59,600 nt of DNA from Thermoplasmata archaeon (GCA_020348445.1 CP070751.1:836438-896037), one strand, 5' to 3'; positions 21,101 through 29,804 are shown, counted from the stretch's first letter. Translations and numbers: made by a program. Notes: generated by a model not told the origin, from the letters alone.

Positions 21101-24100
21101 AATTATGTCACAATCAAATTAACGGACAGCCTCGGAGCTTTCGATACACAGATCGTTTTAATAGAAATTATATCTGTAAACGATGCACCCACCATTCAAT
21201 CTTCTGTTCCCAACATCGTTTTGGATGAGGATACGAGCACTTCAATCAGTCTCTTGGGATATGGAAGCGACATAGAAGATACGCCGAATCAGCTGAGATG
21301 GTCGATTTTAAATGCAAACAACTCCTTATATTCCTGGCAAATAGAGGCTGTTACAAATCTGCTTCATATCAATACTCAACCAAATGCCTATGGTATCAAT
21401 TATGTTACCTTAGAACTTATAGATACCCAGGGAGCAACTGCCTACAAACAAATCCAGGTCAGGGTGATTTCCGAAAATGACCAGCCCTACATACAACCTT
21501 CGATACCTCAATCCCTTTTCGAAACCCTAGAGGATGAGCCTATATCCGTGATCCTCACTGGTTATGAAAACGACGTTGAAGATCCCGATTTCCTTTTAAA
21601 TTGGGAGGTAAGAGGTGTAGATACCTCCAAAATAAAGGTGTCAGTGATTTTTGCTAAAGATGAGCTTATAATCGTTCCTTTAGTTACTTTTTCTCCCCAA
21701 GATACGGAGAGTATCGAGACCGAAATTACACTTGTTCTCATGGACTCAGGAGGTCTTTTTGATTCGCAGAATGTAACTGTAAAGATAATCCCTGTTAACA
21801 ATGCACCTATAATCGACGACCTACCTGATTTGGTGATCAAGTTCGATGATTCGTATATTTTTGATATTTCACCGTATGTATACGACGAGGATACACAAAA
21901 GAGTCAATTGAAAATAACCACATCTGAACCTTCTGAGGATTTAGGATACGGATTTATAACCGTAGCAGGTCTTAATTTGATTTTCGAATATCCCCAATCA
22001 CGTGTGGGTGACCCCTTCACAGTTTTAATTACTGTATCAGATGGACATCTTCATGATTATGGAATCATACAGGTAACGATCTCGGACCATAGTCCTCCTG
22101 AGTTAAAGGAGCCTATTCCAAACGTTTATTTTGATGAGGATTCAAGTAGATATGGGGCATTTGATCTGGATGATCATTTTGAAGCAAAAAACGATGGCTC
22201 TCTCAACTCCTCAGTGTATCTGGATTATTCATATCACGGCAATGAGTATGTTTTCGTTATCATAAACAAGAACAATACCGTGGATTTCATGGCAGCCCAG
22301 GATTGGTATGGCATGGAAAGAATAACCTTCAGGGCTAAAGATAATTATGGGTCCATGGCCGAATATACAATGATAGTAACAGTGAATCCTATAAACGATC
22401 CCCCCATAATATCAGTTGTACCGGATCAGGAATGTAAAATCAATGTGACGAAGACTTTGAACCTCGACCCGTATATATCCGATGTCGATACGTTAAAAGA
22501 AAATCTTATGATCGCCACAGATAGCACCAATATAATCATTTCGGGCCATGATCTGATGCTTTTCTATGATGAGGTCACAATTGAGACTGTCAATATTATC
22601 GTCAGCGATGGATTCTCTCAGGACGGCATTTCTATAGAGGTAAGAGCATCTGCCAATAAATATCCCATTATTCTTACGATACCTGATCTTGTCGTAGGTG
22701 GAGGGGAGGTTTATCTATTTTCGCTTCTTCCCTATGTGAGTGATGCAGACAATGAGATTGAGGATCTGCAAATTTGGACAGATTCTGAATATATCACCCC
22801 CAATGCCAACGACAATATGCTTCTTCAATTAGATTTCCCTTCTGAGATGATAGGTGGTGAAGTGACTGTAACCCTATACGTCTCTGATGGACTGGATACC
22901 AATTTCTCTTGGATAAAAATAAAAGTAACAGACGATTTGGTTCCCACCCTGATCAGCAATTTACCGAATTTGCTGTTCGAAGAGGATACCCAATTGAGCA
23001 ATGCCATAAATCTAAACGATTACTTCCAAAACGCATCTGAATATCAATACTTTGGAAATGAAAATGTTAACATAGTAATACAAGATAATTGGGTAACCTT
23101 CTCAGCTTCCGAAAATTGGAGCGGAACCGAGATGATAACATTTAGAGGAGTCCTCGGGGAGGCTTTTGTGGAGGATACAATCGAGGTCGTTGTGAAACCA
23201 GTTGACGATCCCCCGACCCTATCTTCCTTGCCTTCGTTTGAAAAGAAGGTGAACGAGATTTGGACCTTGAATATTCTTGATTATATCCATGACATCGATA
23301 CTCCCCTTACCGATATGACGATAAGTGTTGACAGTCCATATGTAATACAATATGCTATGAACATCTATTTCCAGTATCAAACTCCAATCTATGATCGAAT
23401 AACCATTACAGTTAGCGACGGTGTAAATACGGTTTTCGGTGTAGTGCATGTGAATGTTACCGCCGAAAACAATGCTCCCAGCTATGTAGGGCTTTTGAGG
23501 ACAGCACATCTAACGCCTGGGGAAACATGGTCAATTGACCTTGACGACTATTTCTATGACTTAGATGGTGACGGACTTTCCTTTTCCTGCAACCAACCAG
23601 AGATAATCATAGATCCTGTAACGCATGTGGCCAGTTGGACCCCGACACAAGGTGACAAGACTCTCACGAATGTGATTTTCTATGTCAGCGATGGATCTGA
23701 AACAATCGAATCCTCACCTATTGATCTTGTGGTGACCCAGGAAAAGTCTTCACCTTCATTCTGGGAACAATACTGGTGGATCTTCTTGTTAATTGCCCTC
23801 CTCGCCGCATCATTACTTGCCTTAATAATCAAAAGAAGAGAGGAAGAGGAAGAAGAAATAGAGTACAAGATAGACGAAGAAAAAGCAGTTAGCTATCTTT
23901 CCACAAAAGGGGGAGGCAACTACCTGATAAAATCGGATAGCTCCGATAGTGCTTATAAGGTGTTCAGTGGGCTTATGCAGGCTGGATTTGAGGGGCTTTG
24001 CATAACCACAAAACGGCCCGAGGATCTATCTGAGCAATACGATCTTGGTAGGGCATGGATAATCAGATTGACGCTGAGAGGCCAGAAGACCGAGGATGGC

Positions 24101-24565
24101 GAGGAGGAGACAAGGATGATGGGCCTTCTGGCTCTGGGAGATGAGGGAAGGATGGATGAGAAATATATATTCTCATCGAATTTCAACACAATCGTAGAGA
24201 CCATTGAGGAGTTCTTAATGGGTGGAGATCATAAGGTTGTACTGTTGGATGGACTTGAATATATACTCGGAGGAGAGGAGCTTATCATGTACATTGGCTT
24301 CATCGCCTCTGTGAGGGAGAGATTGAAGGATAGAAATTCATGCTTGCTCATTCCCATAGATCCAAAGACCCTGTCAGAAAAGGAATTGAGGCTTCTTGAG
24401 AGGGAGACAGAACACTTGGGCGAGTTATTAGAAAAATCTCCCAAAGAATTAAAAGAATATGTTAATGATATATCCACAGATGGAGTAGAAATTACGACAA
24501 AACTGGCTGAAGCAGAGGATGAATTAACATTTCCAAATATGATTGATGAGGAAGATGAAGGGTAA
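15149..24565 (+). CDS. Giant surface protein: signal peptide, DNRLRE and other beta-sandwich modules, about 20 cadherin-like/Ig repeats, TM helix, cytoplasmic DUF835 domain
   Basis: 3138-aa ORF with GGGAG RBS. NDAP-type repeats; TM WWIFLLIALLAASLLALII followed by KRR; C-terminal GLCIT..., VVLLDGLEY, LLIPIDPKTLSEKELRLLERE typical of DUF835. Confidence 0.9.
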   Translation: MASAPRVKRTSNFRGLFTAFLPIVIMFIMFLSSAQSGLATDPILVDNGDYTFTAIWEFEDLTNYTMSNLTTSNGEVNLTINNLFWNQSNAMDFVNGQRTNVVEGDGIVISSDYLLLGYLQNQNFTSPYNWNYANGTDSKVISQWDEGEFGWLYSSYPKNISIQTINIQPDETVGIDSYINENSQGSNYGGDDNLRVQKDANDRRALLWFDVSQISDSKVIDAHLELYFYSSEDASSLDVAVYRVENSWSESIVNWIQRDAVSNWVTSGGDYDPLAVDTVALTNSYDWVSWNITSLVDGWVNGTYENNGVLLDGPTGTNTWKEFYSSDYASLSFRPKLNITYYPLNSYNETANITQVFPLLDQGGYRDLTVTDFGLGTVNNATVSPARGGQVTLGSEGYYKFDPLENISYWGEDPSVNKNSGSFQLSTTVFCEGAASMRLDYDLALGKHTYGVRRTTSSSWDWSRYTDLCIWVRSSGQGEIMKVLIEDSIGASWESSPTPLFNSWSNYTFDLRGFPGDISSINAIRLHFADTTLPTTTFVDNITLIGGAPYLTEGEFFSRIFDGGYSVLWKEILWEEFIVPGTTIEIRTRTGNNSTPGPLWSGWSAPYSTPEGSIITSPEGRFIQYHLNLTTTNTDNTPSLTELTLIKSEYNLTYTYSIDAFENVTWAQIFLKLNEEILWEKTVTGLSTSETITFDIGKYLYKTGDTTMEFGLTVSANSSKDVNISIIVDDFQIKGPTGFYTSQVHDTGSEAFWGDVTWDADIPPATGIILNTRTSMDNITWSTWSAPIAYPSDTITNPMGRYIQYRVNFTTNILGITPVFKAINITYTKHFSQGTITFINDLIAENVTNWGVLSAGCDLRGQSIRYEYSIDSGVTWNPIASDLNLSSVSVSTNKIRFKAILETGNTSLTPTLYALRLTYSVNKPPVIVGIIPNQEWYEDWGPWSIDLTVNESDFEDSGNRLRWYLTGENTSLFTVEGEYSSEDVITFTPQPDAFGCDEVTLWLEDSFGARTSQILWINITPFDDPPEIQGVIPSFQKYENDPSWQLDLSGYKYDKDDPPSALVWAVQGVDSSLLSIGVNSDMLAFTLQPDSYGNDEITIILTDGENVTLQNIWVNVTIVNKPPTISGTLPSFLVGEDNPDWILDLTQNETDREDQEPSSNLVWHIVGLNTSLLSASITDNNITFSLLPDVYGKNEITIILEDSEGLTDTQKIWINVTSENDAPVIYGVVPNFEKYENAPDWNFDLSSYMYDVDNSSHDLSWSVEGWDALLFDNVTMVGNVITFDLAMDAIGNDLLTINLSDGLSWDIQDIWVNVTPINKAPIIYGTISSFEKNEDDPAWILDVTLNETDREDGYPSRNLVWSVLGVNNSLLTVTILDNNITFTLVPNAFGNNEITLILTDSNNATDTQNIWINVTSENDAPIIFGAIPNFEKIEDAPFWTLNLSSYKFDVDNDVSELTWEVKDWDTSLFDLSVDKDVFTFTLVSNAYGSYEMIIHLNDSEYSDSQSIWINVSPENDAPSITKIISNFDTKEDNASWVLDLTTYESDIEDPYPSLILEWSVFGVDPNLLTITIIDNNLTFILKPDANGNNEIIIFLTDSMGAVDSQSIWINVSAKNDAPTILGTIPSFEKNEDSPNWNLNLSSFKYDVDNASQELYWIILGGNAPIFDTIGINGDLITFDLASDAFGSYEITFILSDNLDYDSQNIWINVTPVNDAPVINRTIPDYDKSEDDAQWTIDLTTYERDIEDVYPSDSLSWSVLGVDSNLLSVEISDNNLTFSLNPDAYGNDEITIILSDSNQAVDFQNIWINVAPENDAPTIMGTIPNFERDEDAAIWSLNLSSYKYDVDNLKWELSWDIQGANVPLFDFVDLNGDIITFDLAQDAYGSYELTIELHDKDIYTTQNFWVNVTSINDAPAISDTIQDMQRLEDSLPWTLDLTEYEEDVEDGSPSRYLIWSISDVDSSLILISITDNNITFTPVPDAFGLNYVTIKLTDSLGAFDTQIVLIEIISVNDAPTIQSSVPNIVLDEDTSTSISLLGYGSDIEDTPNQLRWSILNANNSLYSWQIEAVTNLLHINTQPNAYGINYVTLELIDTQGATAYKQIQVRVISENDQPYIQPSIPQSLFETLEDEPISVILTGYENDVEDPDFLLNWEVRGVDTSKIKVSVIFAKDELIIVPLVTFSPQDTESIETEITLVLMDSGGLFDSQNVTVKIIPVNNAPIIDDLPDLVIKFDDSYIFDISPYVYDEDTQKSQLKITTSEPSEDLGYGFITVAGLNLIFEYPQSRVGDPFTVLITVSDGHLHDYGIIQVTISDHSPPELKEPIPNVYFDEDSSRYGAFDLDDHFEAKNDGSLNSSVYLDYSYHGNEYVFVIINKNNTVDFMAAQDWYGMERITFRAKDNYGSMAEYTMIVTVNPINDPPIISVVPDQECKINVTKTLNLDPYISDVDTLKENLMIATDSTNIIISGHDLMLFYDEVTIETVNIIVSDGFSQDGISIEVRASANKYPIILTIPDLVVGGGEVYLFSLLPYVSDADNEIEDLQIWTDSEYITPNANDNMLLQLDFPSEMIGGEVTVTLYVSDGLDTNFSWIKIKVTDDLVPTLISNLPNLLFEEDTQLSNAINLNDYFQNASEYQYFGNENVNIVIQDNWVTFSASENWSGTEMITFRGVLGEAFVEDTIEVVVKPVDDPPTLSSLPSFEKKVNEIWTLNILDYIHDIDTPLTDMTISVDSPYVIQYAMNIYFQYQTPIYDRITITVSDGVNTVFGVVHVNVTAENNAPSYVGLLRTAHLTPGETWSIDLDDYFYDLDGDGLSFSCNQPEIIIDPVTHVASWTPTQGDKTLTNVIFYVSDGSETIESSPIDLVVTQEKSSPSFWEQYWWIFLLIALLAASLLALIIKRREEEEEEIEYKIDEEKAVSYLSTKGGGNYLIKSDSSDSAYKVFSGLMQAGFEGLCITTKRPEDLSEQYDLGRAWIIRLTLRGQKTEDGEEETRMMGLLALGDEGRMDEKYIFSSNFNTIVETIEEFLMGGDHKVVLLDGLEYILGGEELIMYIGFIASVRERLKDRNSCLLIPIDPKTLSEKELRLLERETEHLGELLEKSPKELKEYVNDISTDGVEITTKLAEAEDELTFPNMIDEEDEG
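17909..23730 (+). repeat. About 20 tandem ~98-aa cadherin-like repeats within the giant protein
   Basis: Repeats start N(D/K)(A/P)P and most end WxNV(T/S). Starts of alternate repeats at 18803, 19397, 19988 and 20582 give a 591-594 bp period. Confidence 0.85.
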
Positions 24566-24585
24566 CTTATCTAAGCTATCCTAAC

Positions 24586-25353
24586 TTATTGTAAATAATA
24601 TCTGTTGATGTAGATTTTACGTTCCCTGTCGAACTCCACCATCATCTTTTCTTTACTATTCTCTATGTCAAATGCTGTTACAGAAATCGTTTTGTCCTGG
24701 ATATCGATGATATTGAAACTGCAACCCAAATGGGCCCTGGTCCTAGCAGAGGAAAATGTGCCTGCATTGACCATCAACGTTTTATGCACCCTAACAGCAT
24801 AGGGCACATGCCTGTGTCCCATCAATACCAATGCAACTTCATTTCTCAGCACCAGATCCAATAAACCTCCTGCATCGTTGATAATATTTTGCTCCCTTCC
24901 TGAATTTGGGACCGGGACAAGATGATGGTGAAGACCTATTATTTTAATTGCTTCAGAATCTTTTAGGTGCTCCTCTATCCATCCATATTTATCTCTACCT
25001 ATGTGACCCTCATCCCTGTCAGGTTCCGAGGAATCTAAACCTAATAAACCAATATCCTTCACTTCCTTGTAGAACTCCAACCTGCCAAAGTACTCCTCGA
25101 ACAACTGATAGCCCAGGTGCCTTGCATCATGATTGCCAGGAATTATCACCACATTTGCCTCAAATCCCTCGATTTTATTTTTAGCTAGTTCATACTCTAG
25201 CAATGTTCCTTCCAAGGTGATGTCACCAGAAACAAATATCAAATCGGGTGCAGGATCAAGGGAATTTATTGCCTTTTGCCCTTTCTCGAATTTTTTCTCT
25301 TGAAACTCGCGAGCATCCGTGATATGCAGATCTGAGATATGCACTATTCTCAT
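24586..25353 (-). CDS. Calcineurin-like metallophosphoesterase (CpdA/Icc-like)
   Basis: HISDLH, GD, PGNHD, HHH and GHRH motifs. Confidence 0.92.
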   Translation of the reverse strand: MRIVHISDLHITDAREFQEKKFEKGQKAINSLDPAPDLIFVSGDITLEGTLLEYELAKNKIEGFEANVVIIPGNHDARHLGYQLFEEYFGRLEFYKEVKDIGLLGLDSSEPDRDEGHIGRDKYGWIEEHLKDSEAIKIIGLHHHLVPVPNSGREQNIINDAGGLLDLVLRNEVALVLMGHRHVPYAVRVHKTLMVNAGTFSSARTRAHLGCSFNIIDIQDKTISVTAFDIENSKEKMMVEFDRERKIYINRYYLQ

Positions 25354-25357
25354 GCAC

Positions 25358-26356
25358 TCACCTTAGTGAAAAGATATAGTTTATCGCTATTTCGGAGATA
25401 TCTGTTGCATAGAGCCCTGTTCTTCTAACGCTTTCTATTATTGAGGATAAGGAAACAACGACATCGCTTTCCTGTTCCCTGATCTTCTTCATAAGCGAGT
25501 CACTGGCCTTGTTCAGTTTACTGCTGAGATCGATGGCCTCATTTGCCTCATCCAGATTCTCTGAAAAAAATGCATTCATGGATTTTTCCAAAATCTCAAG
25601 GGATATATTGCTCTCGTGTACGATATCCTTTATGATCTTTTCATTGATCTTCATACCATCCAGAAGCAATATGCTCTCCGCAATTTTTGTGGCATGATCC
25701 CCTATCCTTTCAATAATCCTTGATATCAGCATGTAATTCAGGCTTTTTTCGCTGGATACACCGATTTTCTTGGCAATCTCTGCATCGTTGAGAATCAGGT
25801 TGTACTGTTTGGCAATCATCCAATCGAGACGATCCACATCTCCGTCCCTAAGTATTACATCAGATGCCAGATTTTTTTCCCTGCTTTTCAAGGCGGAAAT
25901 TGCATCTGTATGCATGGATTTTACGAGAAGGTACATCCTTCTCAATCCCTTTATCTGCGAGAACTCCCCGGGATTGAGAAGATCCTGCAAAACCACACAC
26001 CTTTCATTCTCATCGATAATCTCGGGTCCAACAACCATCTTCGTGAAATCCATTATGGTACGTCTCATCACAGAATCGATATTTTTGGACCGAATCTCCA
26101 TGGTATTGTAACCTGCAATATACATACCAATTAGCTTTCTTACAAGATGCTCTGGGGTTTCGTCTGTAATCTCCAAAGTCTTTTTCCTTGAGGCCTTTTC
26201 CCCTTTGATTTTATGATTTAGAAGAATACCTCCATCCGAAAGCGTTGTTATCCATAAAGGATCACCTGCCTTAATCCCCCTATCCTTAACCCAAGATTTG
26301 GGGAGCGAAACAATGTACGTTGAACCCCCTGTTATCTGTACTTTTCTTGATTCCAT
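25358..26356 (-). CDS. phoU: Archaeal phosphate-uptake regulator: AbrB/MazE N-domain + PhoU domains
   Basis: MESRKVQITGGSTYIVSLPKSW N-terminus; D..VDRL and ERIGDHA PhoU motifs. ORF track opens at 26392; ATG 26356 preferred. Confidence 0.9.
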   Translation of the reverse strand: MESRKVQITGGSTYIVSLPKSWVKDRGIKAGDPLWITTLSDGGILLNHKIKGEKASRKKTLEITDETPEHLVRKLIGMYIAGYNTMEIRSKNIDSVMRRTIMDFTKMVVGPEIIDENERCVVLQDLLNPGEFSQIKGLRRMYLLVKSMHTDAISALKSREKNLASDVILRDGDVDRLDWMIAKQYNLILNDAEIAKKIGVSSEKSLNYMLISRIIERIGDHATKIAESILLLDGMKINEKIIKDIVHESNISLEILEKSMNAFFSENLDEANEAIDLSSKLNKASDSLMKKIREQESDVVVSLSSIIESVRRTGLYATDISEIAINYIFSLR

Positions 26357-26593
26357 GGTTATCATCTCAAGTAGGTAAATGTAAGGAGACATATATAATT
26401 CTTTAGTAGTTTATTTAGATTCTTAGAAATGTATATAGAGGTATGATATAAAGGCATAAATTGATATTAAAAGAGATGATTTCTTCCCCCTATATCTCGA
26501 ATAATATACCCGATTCCCTTATTCAAATCTATAACAATTAAATACTATCACACCAATGTAGCTATCCCAACAAAAAAGGGAGAGGGTGACAAC

Positions 26594-27013
26594 TTGCCCA
26601 TAAAACGATTTGAATTAACCTCCTTGGATGCGAGAAGATTTGCCAAATCTGGGGAGAAACCAAAGAACATACGCATCGACCACAACAGCAGTGTTACTTT
26701 GGTAACCGAAATTAACGATAAAGAAGCGAATGTGGATTTTAGATTTACTGCCAGTTATTCTGGTCTTGGAATGATAAGAATCGAAGGCAGTTTGATTTAT
26801 GAAGGGGATGCTCCGAAATTGGTCCAACAGTGGAGCACAAAGAACAACATGCCAAATGAGGTGGCAACAGAAATTCATACCACGATAATGAACAACTGCA
26901 TTCCAGAGGCCATGTTACTGGCAAGGGATATCAGATTGCCTCCGCCCATCCCAATGCCCAAGGTCAATATCCAGGCCAAAAAGAAAGGTGGAGAACCAAG
27001 GGGTTACGCTTGA
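26594..27013 (+). CDS. Conserved archaeal protein, probable SecB-like fold
   Basis: TTG start after GAGGGTGA. Beta-rich body and ...LARDIRLPPPIPMP tail, recalled as typical of the archaeal SecB-like family; not verified by search. Confidence 0.6.
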   Translation: MPIKRFELTSLDARRFAKSGEKPKNIRIDHNSSVTLVTEINDKEANVDFRFTASYSGLGMIRIEGSLIYEGDAPKLVQQWSTKNNMPNEVATEIHTTIMNNCIPEAMLLARDIRLPPPIPMPKVNIQAKKKGGEPRGYA

Positions 27014-27109
27014 TTTTTCTGAAATTTCTTTTTTAATCCTGATAAAGTTTAGGTTCAATCGATTAAATTTGATCTTAGTAAAGATAAAAAAACAAATAAA
27101 TGTTATGTT

Positions 27110-29632
27110 TTACCTAATATGGCCCAAAGCAAATGAACCTATGTTGACGCCCTTCTTGCTGTGAGTGTACCTGATCCACGCCCTTGATTGCACATCTCCC
27201 ACACCTTTTACGCAGAGGAAAGTCTGAAGTTGCTCCAACTTGAATTCAACTGCACCATCCATGAGCGAACCCAACATCTGGATGTCGGTTTCAGAATGCA
27301 TTCCCTTCTCGATGATGTACATGGAAACGGCTTTATCTCTCTTTCTTCTTCCTGCAAAAGGTTGTAGAAATCTAAAAGCGATATTGGTATCTAGATAAGC
27401 GATCAATGTTGAAATAGATCTAAATGCCAGTCGATAATATTTATGCTTCTTTTTCAGTTCTTTGGCCATGTCATCCAGGTTCTTTAGGATCCCTTCGTGA
27501 TCTGTAGGTTGTTCGATATATGTTGTATAGGGATCCTCAACCTCCTCGCCCATACTCTTTGAGTATGCATCAACATATCTCACAAGATCCAGTTTTTCGT
27601 ACTCCTGATATCCCGACACGACAAACTCCATCTCCTCCCTGATGTCCGCGGGAGTTTTATCGGTTATGACCCAGACTGCGGGTATACCCTTTTTCAATCC
27701 CTCGGCAACGAACTGATTTACAACGACCTCCTTTCCTATGAAGGCCTGGCCATAAACAAGCACGTTGGTTCCAAATGGGATGCCACCGAAAAGCAGGTCA
27801 TCCAATCTTGGATTGCCAGTTTTGACCTTCTCAACACTGAGTTCCAGGGCCCTTTCCTCTTCTCTAGCCTCGATCTCTTCCTCTATGAGACCCTGCTCTC
27901 TTATCCTGAGCTCCTCAGACTTGGCATGGAGGTACTTCTCCTTCTTTATAATTTCCTCCTCTTTTTCGCTAACCTTCTGTTGCAGCTCCTCAAGCCGCTT
28001 TTTCAGCTCTACTTCCCGAACGCCGCCACCCTCCTGCTTGGCCTGCTCAAGTTTCTTCTTTTCTGCCATAAGCAGCTTCTCTCTGTACAACATATCCTCC
28101 TCGCGCCTGAGAATCTCATCCTCCTTGTAGGCTAAGGGCTCCTTCAATTTCTTTATTTCATCAGTTTTGTACTTCAATTCCTCTCTCAAACGCTCAATTT
28201 CATTTTCCCTGAGCAGAATGGATTTTTCCTTTGAAGCAAGCAGTTTCTCCTTTTCAGCAAATTCCTTGGAAATCTCGGTTTCGCTCTTACCCCGTCTTTC
28301 CAGGGCCTCCTTTTCCAATTGTTCGTCGATTTTTGCCTTCTGAACCTCTTCTTCCAAAGCGATGATCCTTTTCTTTAACTCGTCCTCTCTCTTCAGATAC
28401 TCTGCTTCCTTATCCCGTAGCTCGGCCTCGAATCTGTTTCTTAACTCTGAATCTCCCACCTCTCCTCCCACACCACCCATGGCCTCCTTCTCTTTTAGTT
28501 CCTTTTCCAATGCAGCCAATTCCTCTTCCTTTGCCTTGATGTCGCTGTCCTTTAAGGCGAGATCCTTTTCCAATTTCTTGAGTTTCTTCATTTCATCTGG
28601 AAGTTTATCTATCTTCTTTGAAAGCCCCTTTTCGATTTCTTTCATCTTGCTTTCCTTTTCCTCTATTAACTTCTTTATCCTCTCTTCCTCCTCGCTCGTC
28701 TTCTTGATCTGGGATTTCCATTTCTTCATCTCAGCTTCTCGTATCTTCATCTGCTGGGCCTTTACATATTTGACCACTGCTATGCTGCTTTTCTTTACCT
28801 TGGCAATCTCAGTCTCAAGATCCTTTCTCTTTTTAATTTCACCTTGAAGTTGTTTATTGAGCTCGGCAGTCTCTGAAATCAATTTGATAGGATCAAAATC
28901 CTTTGTTTTTAGCTTCTTCAACTTGTCTTGCAGGCTCTTTTTAAAGGCTTCCAGTTCTGCTTTGAGATCGTTGATTTCCCCTTCCCTCTCTTGAAGTTCT
29001 TCCTCCATTTGCTTGATCACGTTATCCTTCTCAACGAGTTTCCCTTCTACCTCACCAGAGAGAACCTCCTCCCGCGCCGGCTCTTCGGAGAGCCACTCCT
29101 CTAATGCTTCTCCACCAGCTTCACCTGTAAGCCATGCTTTCAATGCATCATCTTTGGCTTCATTCTTCACCAATGCTGTGGTAGAAGGGGCAGGTTTGGC
29201 GTTGTTAGGAGCTGATTTTCCCAGCCATACCTGGAGTGCTCCTTCTCCTGCTTCACCTGAAAGCCATTTTGCTAGGGCCTCGTCTTCTACATTCCGAGAA
29301 TCTTTTATAGAGGGGGCAGTTTTAGGTCTTCCCTTTTTTATCCCTTTAGGCTTTATTTCCTGCTTCGTTTTCTTTACTTTATGCTTCTTTTCCCCTTTTT
29401 GGGCCTTTGCGCCCGCATCAGGTTTCTTATCTGCCCCCTCTGCGCCACTTTTAAATTCGGTACCACATACCGTGCATTTTGTAGCCTCCAAATCTAAAAG
29501 CTCACCGCAAATAGGGCAAATCTCGGCCTTACCATTGGCTGTAAGTGATTCTCCACCTGAATTCGGGTTTTTCTCGGTACTTTTGGCCCTTTGGGATTTT
29601 TTTGGTTGAACCTTGCCTTTCTTAGCCGCCAA
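27110..29632 (-). CDS. Zn-ribbon + long coiled coil + degenerate KaiC/RAD55-like ATPase domain
   Basis: One CxxC-x10-CxxC ribbon, about 400 aa E/K-rich coiled coil, and a C-terminal KTGNPRLDDLLFGGIP...GKE domain. TTG start after GAGG. Confidence 0.85.
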   Translation of the reverse strand: MAAKKGKVQPKKSQRAKSTEKNPNSGGESLTANGKAEICPICGELLDLEATKCTVCGTEFKSGAEGADKKPDAGAKAQKGEKKHKVKKTKQEIKPKGIKKGRPKTAPSIKDSRNVEDEALAKWLSGEAGEGALQVWLGKSAPNNAKPAPSTTALVKNEAKDDALKAWLTGEAGGEALEEWLSEEPAREEVLSGEVEGKLVEKDNVIKQMEEELQEREGEINDLKAELEAFKKSLQDKLKKLKTKDFDPIKLISETAELNKQLQGEIKKRKDLETEIAKVKKSSIAVVKYVKAQQMKIREAEMKKWKSQIKKTSEEEERIKKLIEEKESKMKEIEKGLSKKIDKLPDEMKKLKKLEKDLALKDSDIKAKEEELAALEKELKEKEAMGGVGGEVGDSELRNRFEAELRDKEAEYLKREDELKKRIIALEEEVQKAKIDEQLEKEALERRGKSETEISKEFAEKEKLLASKEKSILLRENEIERLREELKYKTDEIKKLKEPLAYKEDEILRREEDMLYREKLLMAEKKKLEQAKQEGGGVREVELKKRLEELQQKVSEKEEEIIKKEKYLHAKSEELRIREQGLIEEEIEAREEERALELSVEKVKTGNPRLDDLLFGGIPFGTNVLVYGQAFIGKEVVVNQFVAEGLKKGIPAVWVITDKTPADIREEMEFVVSGYQEYEKLDLVRYVDAYSKSMGEEVEDPYTTYIEQPTDHEGILKNLDDMAKELKKKHKYYRLAFRSISTLIAYLDTNIAFRFLQPFAGRRKRDKAVSMYIIEKGMHSETDIQMLGSLMDGAVEFKLEQLQTFLCVKGVGDVQSRAWIRYTHSKKGVNIGSFALGHIR

Positions 29633-29804
29633 AATCAGGCACCTCTATTTTTTAAATGCACCCACATATTATACAGTTCGTTTTTGAGGTATTCTTTACA
29701 TTTTGGCCTCTCAGCCTTGTATTTCCATAATACCTTATATAAACCCCACTATAAATATGTTTCACATTGAGTTTCATATTATTTATTTATCATATCCTTT
29801 ATTT

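Noticed and set aside
27110-29632. Circadian clock KaiC
   Set aside because: Single degenerate domain rather than tandem CI/CII; no kaiA or kaiB.
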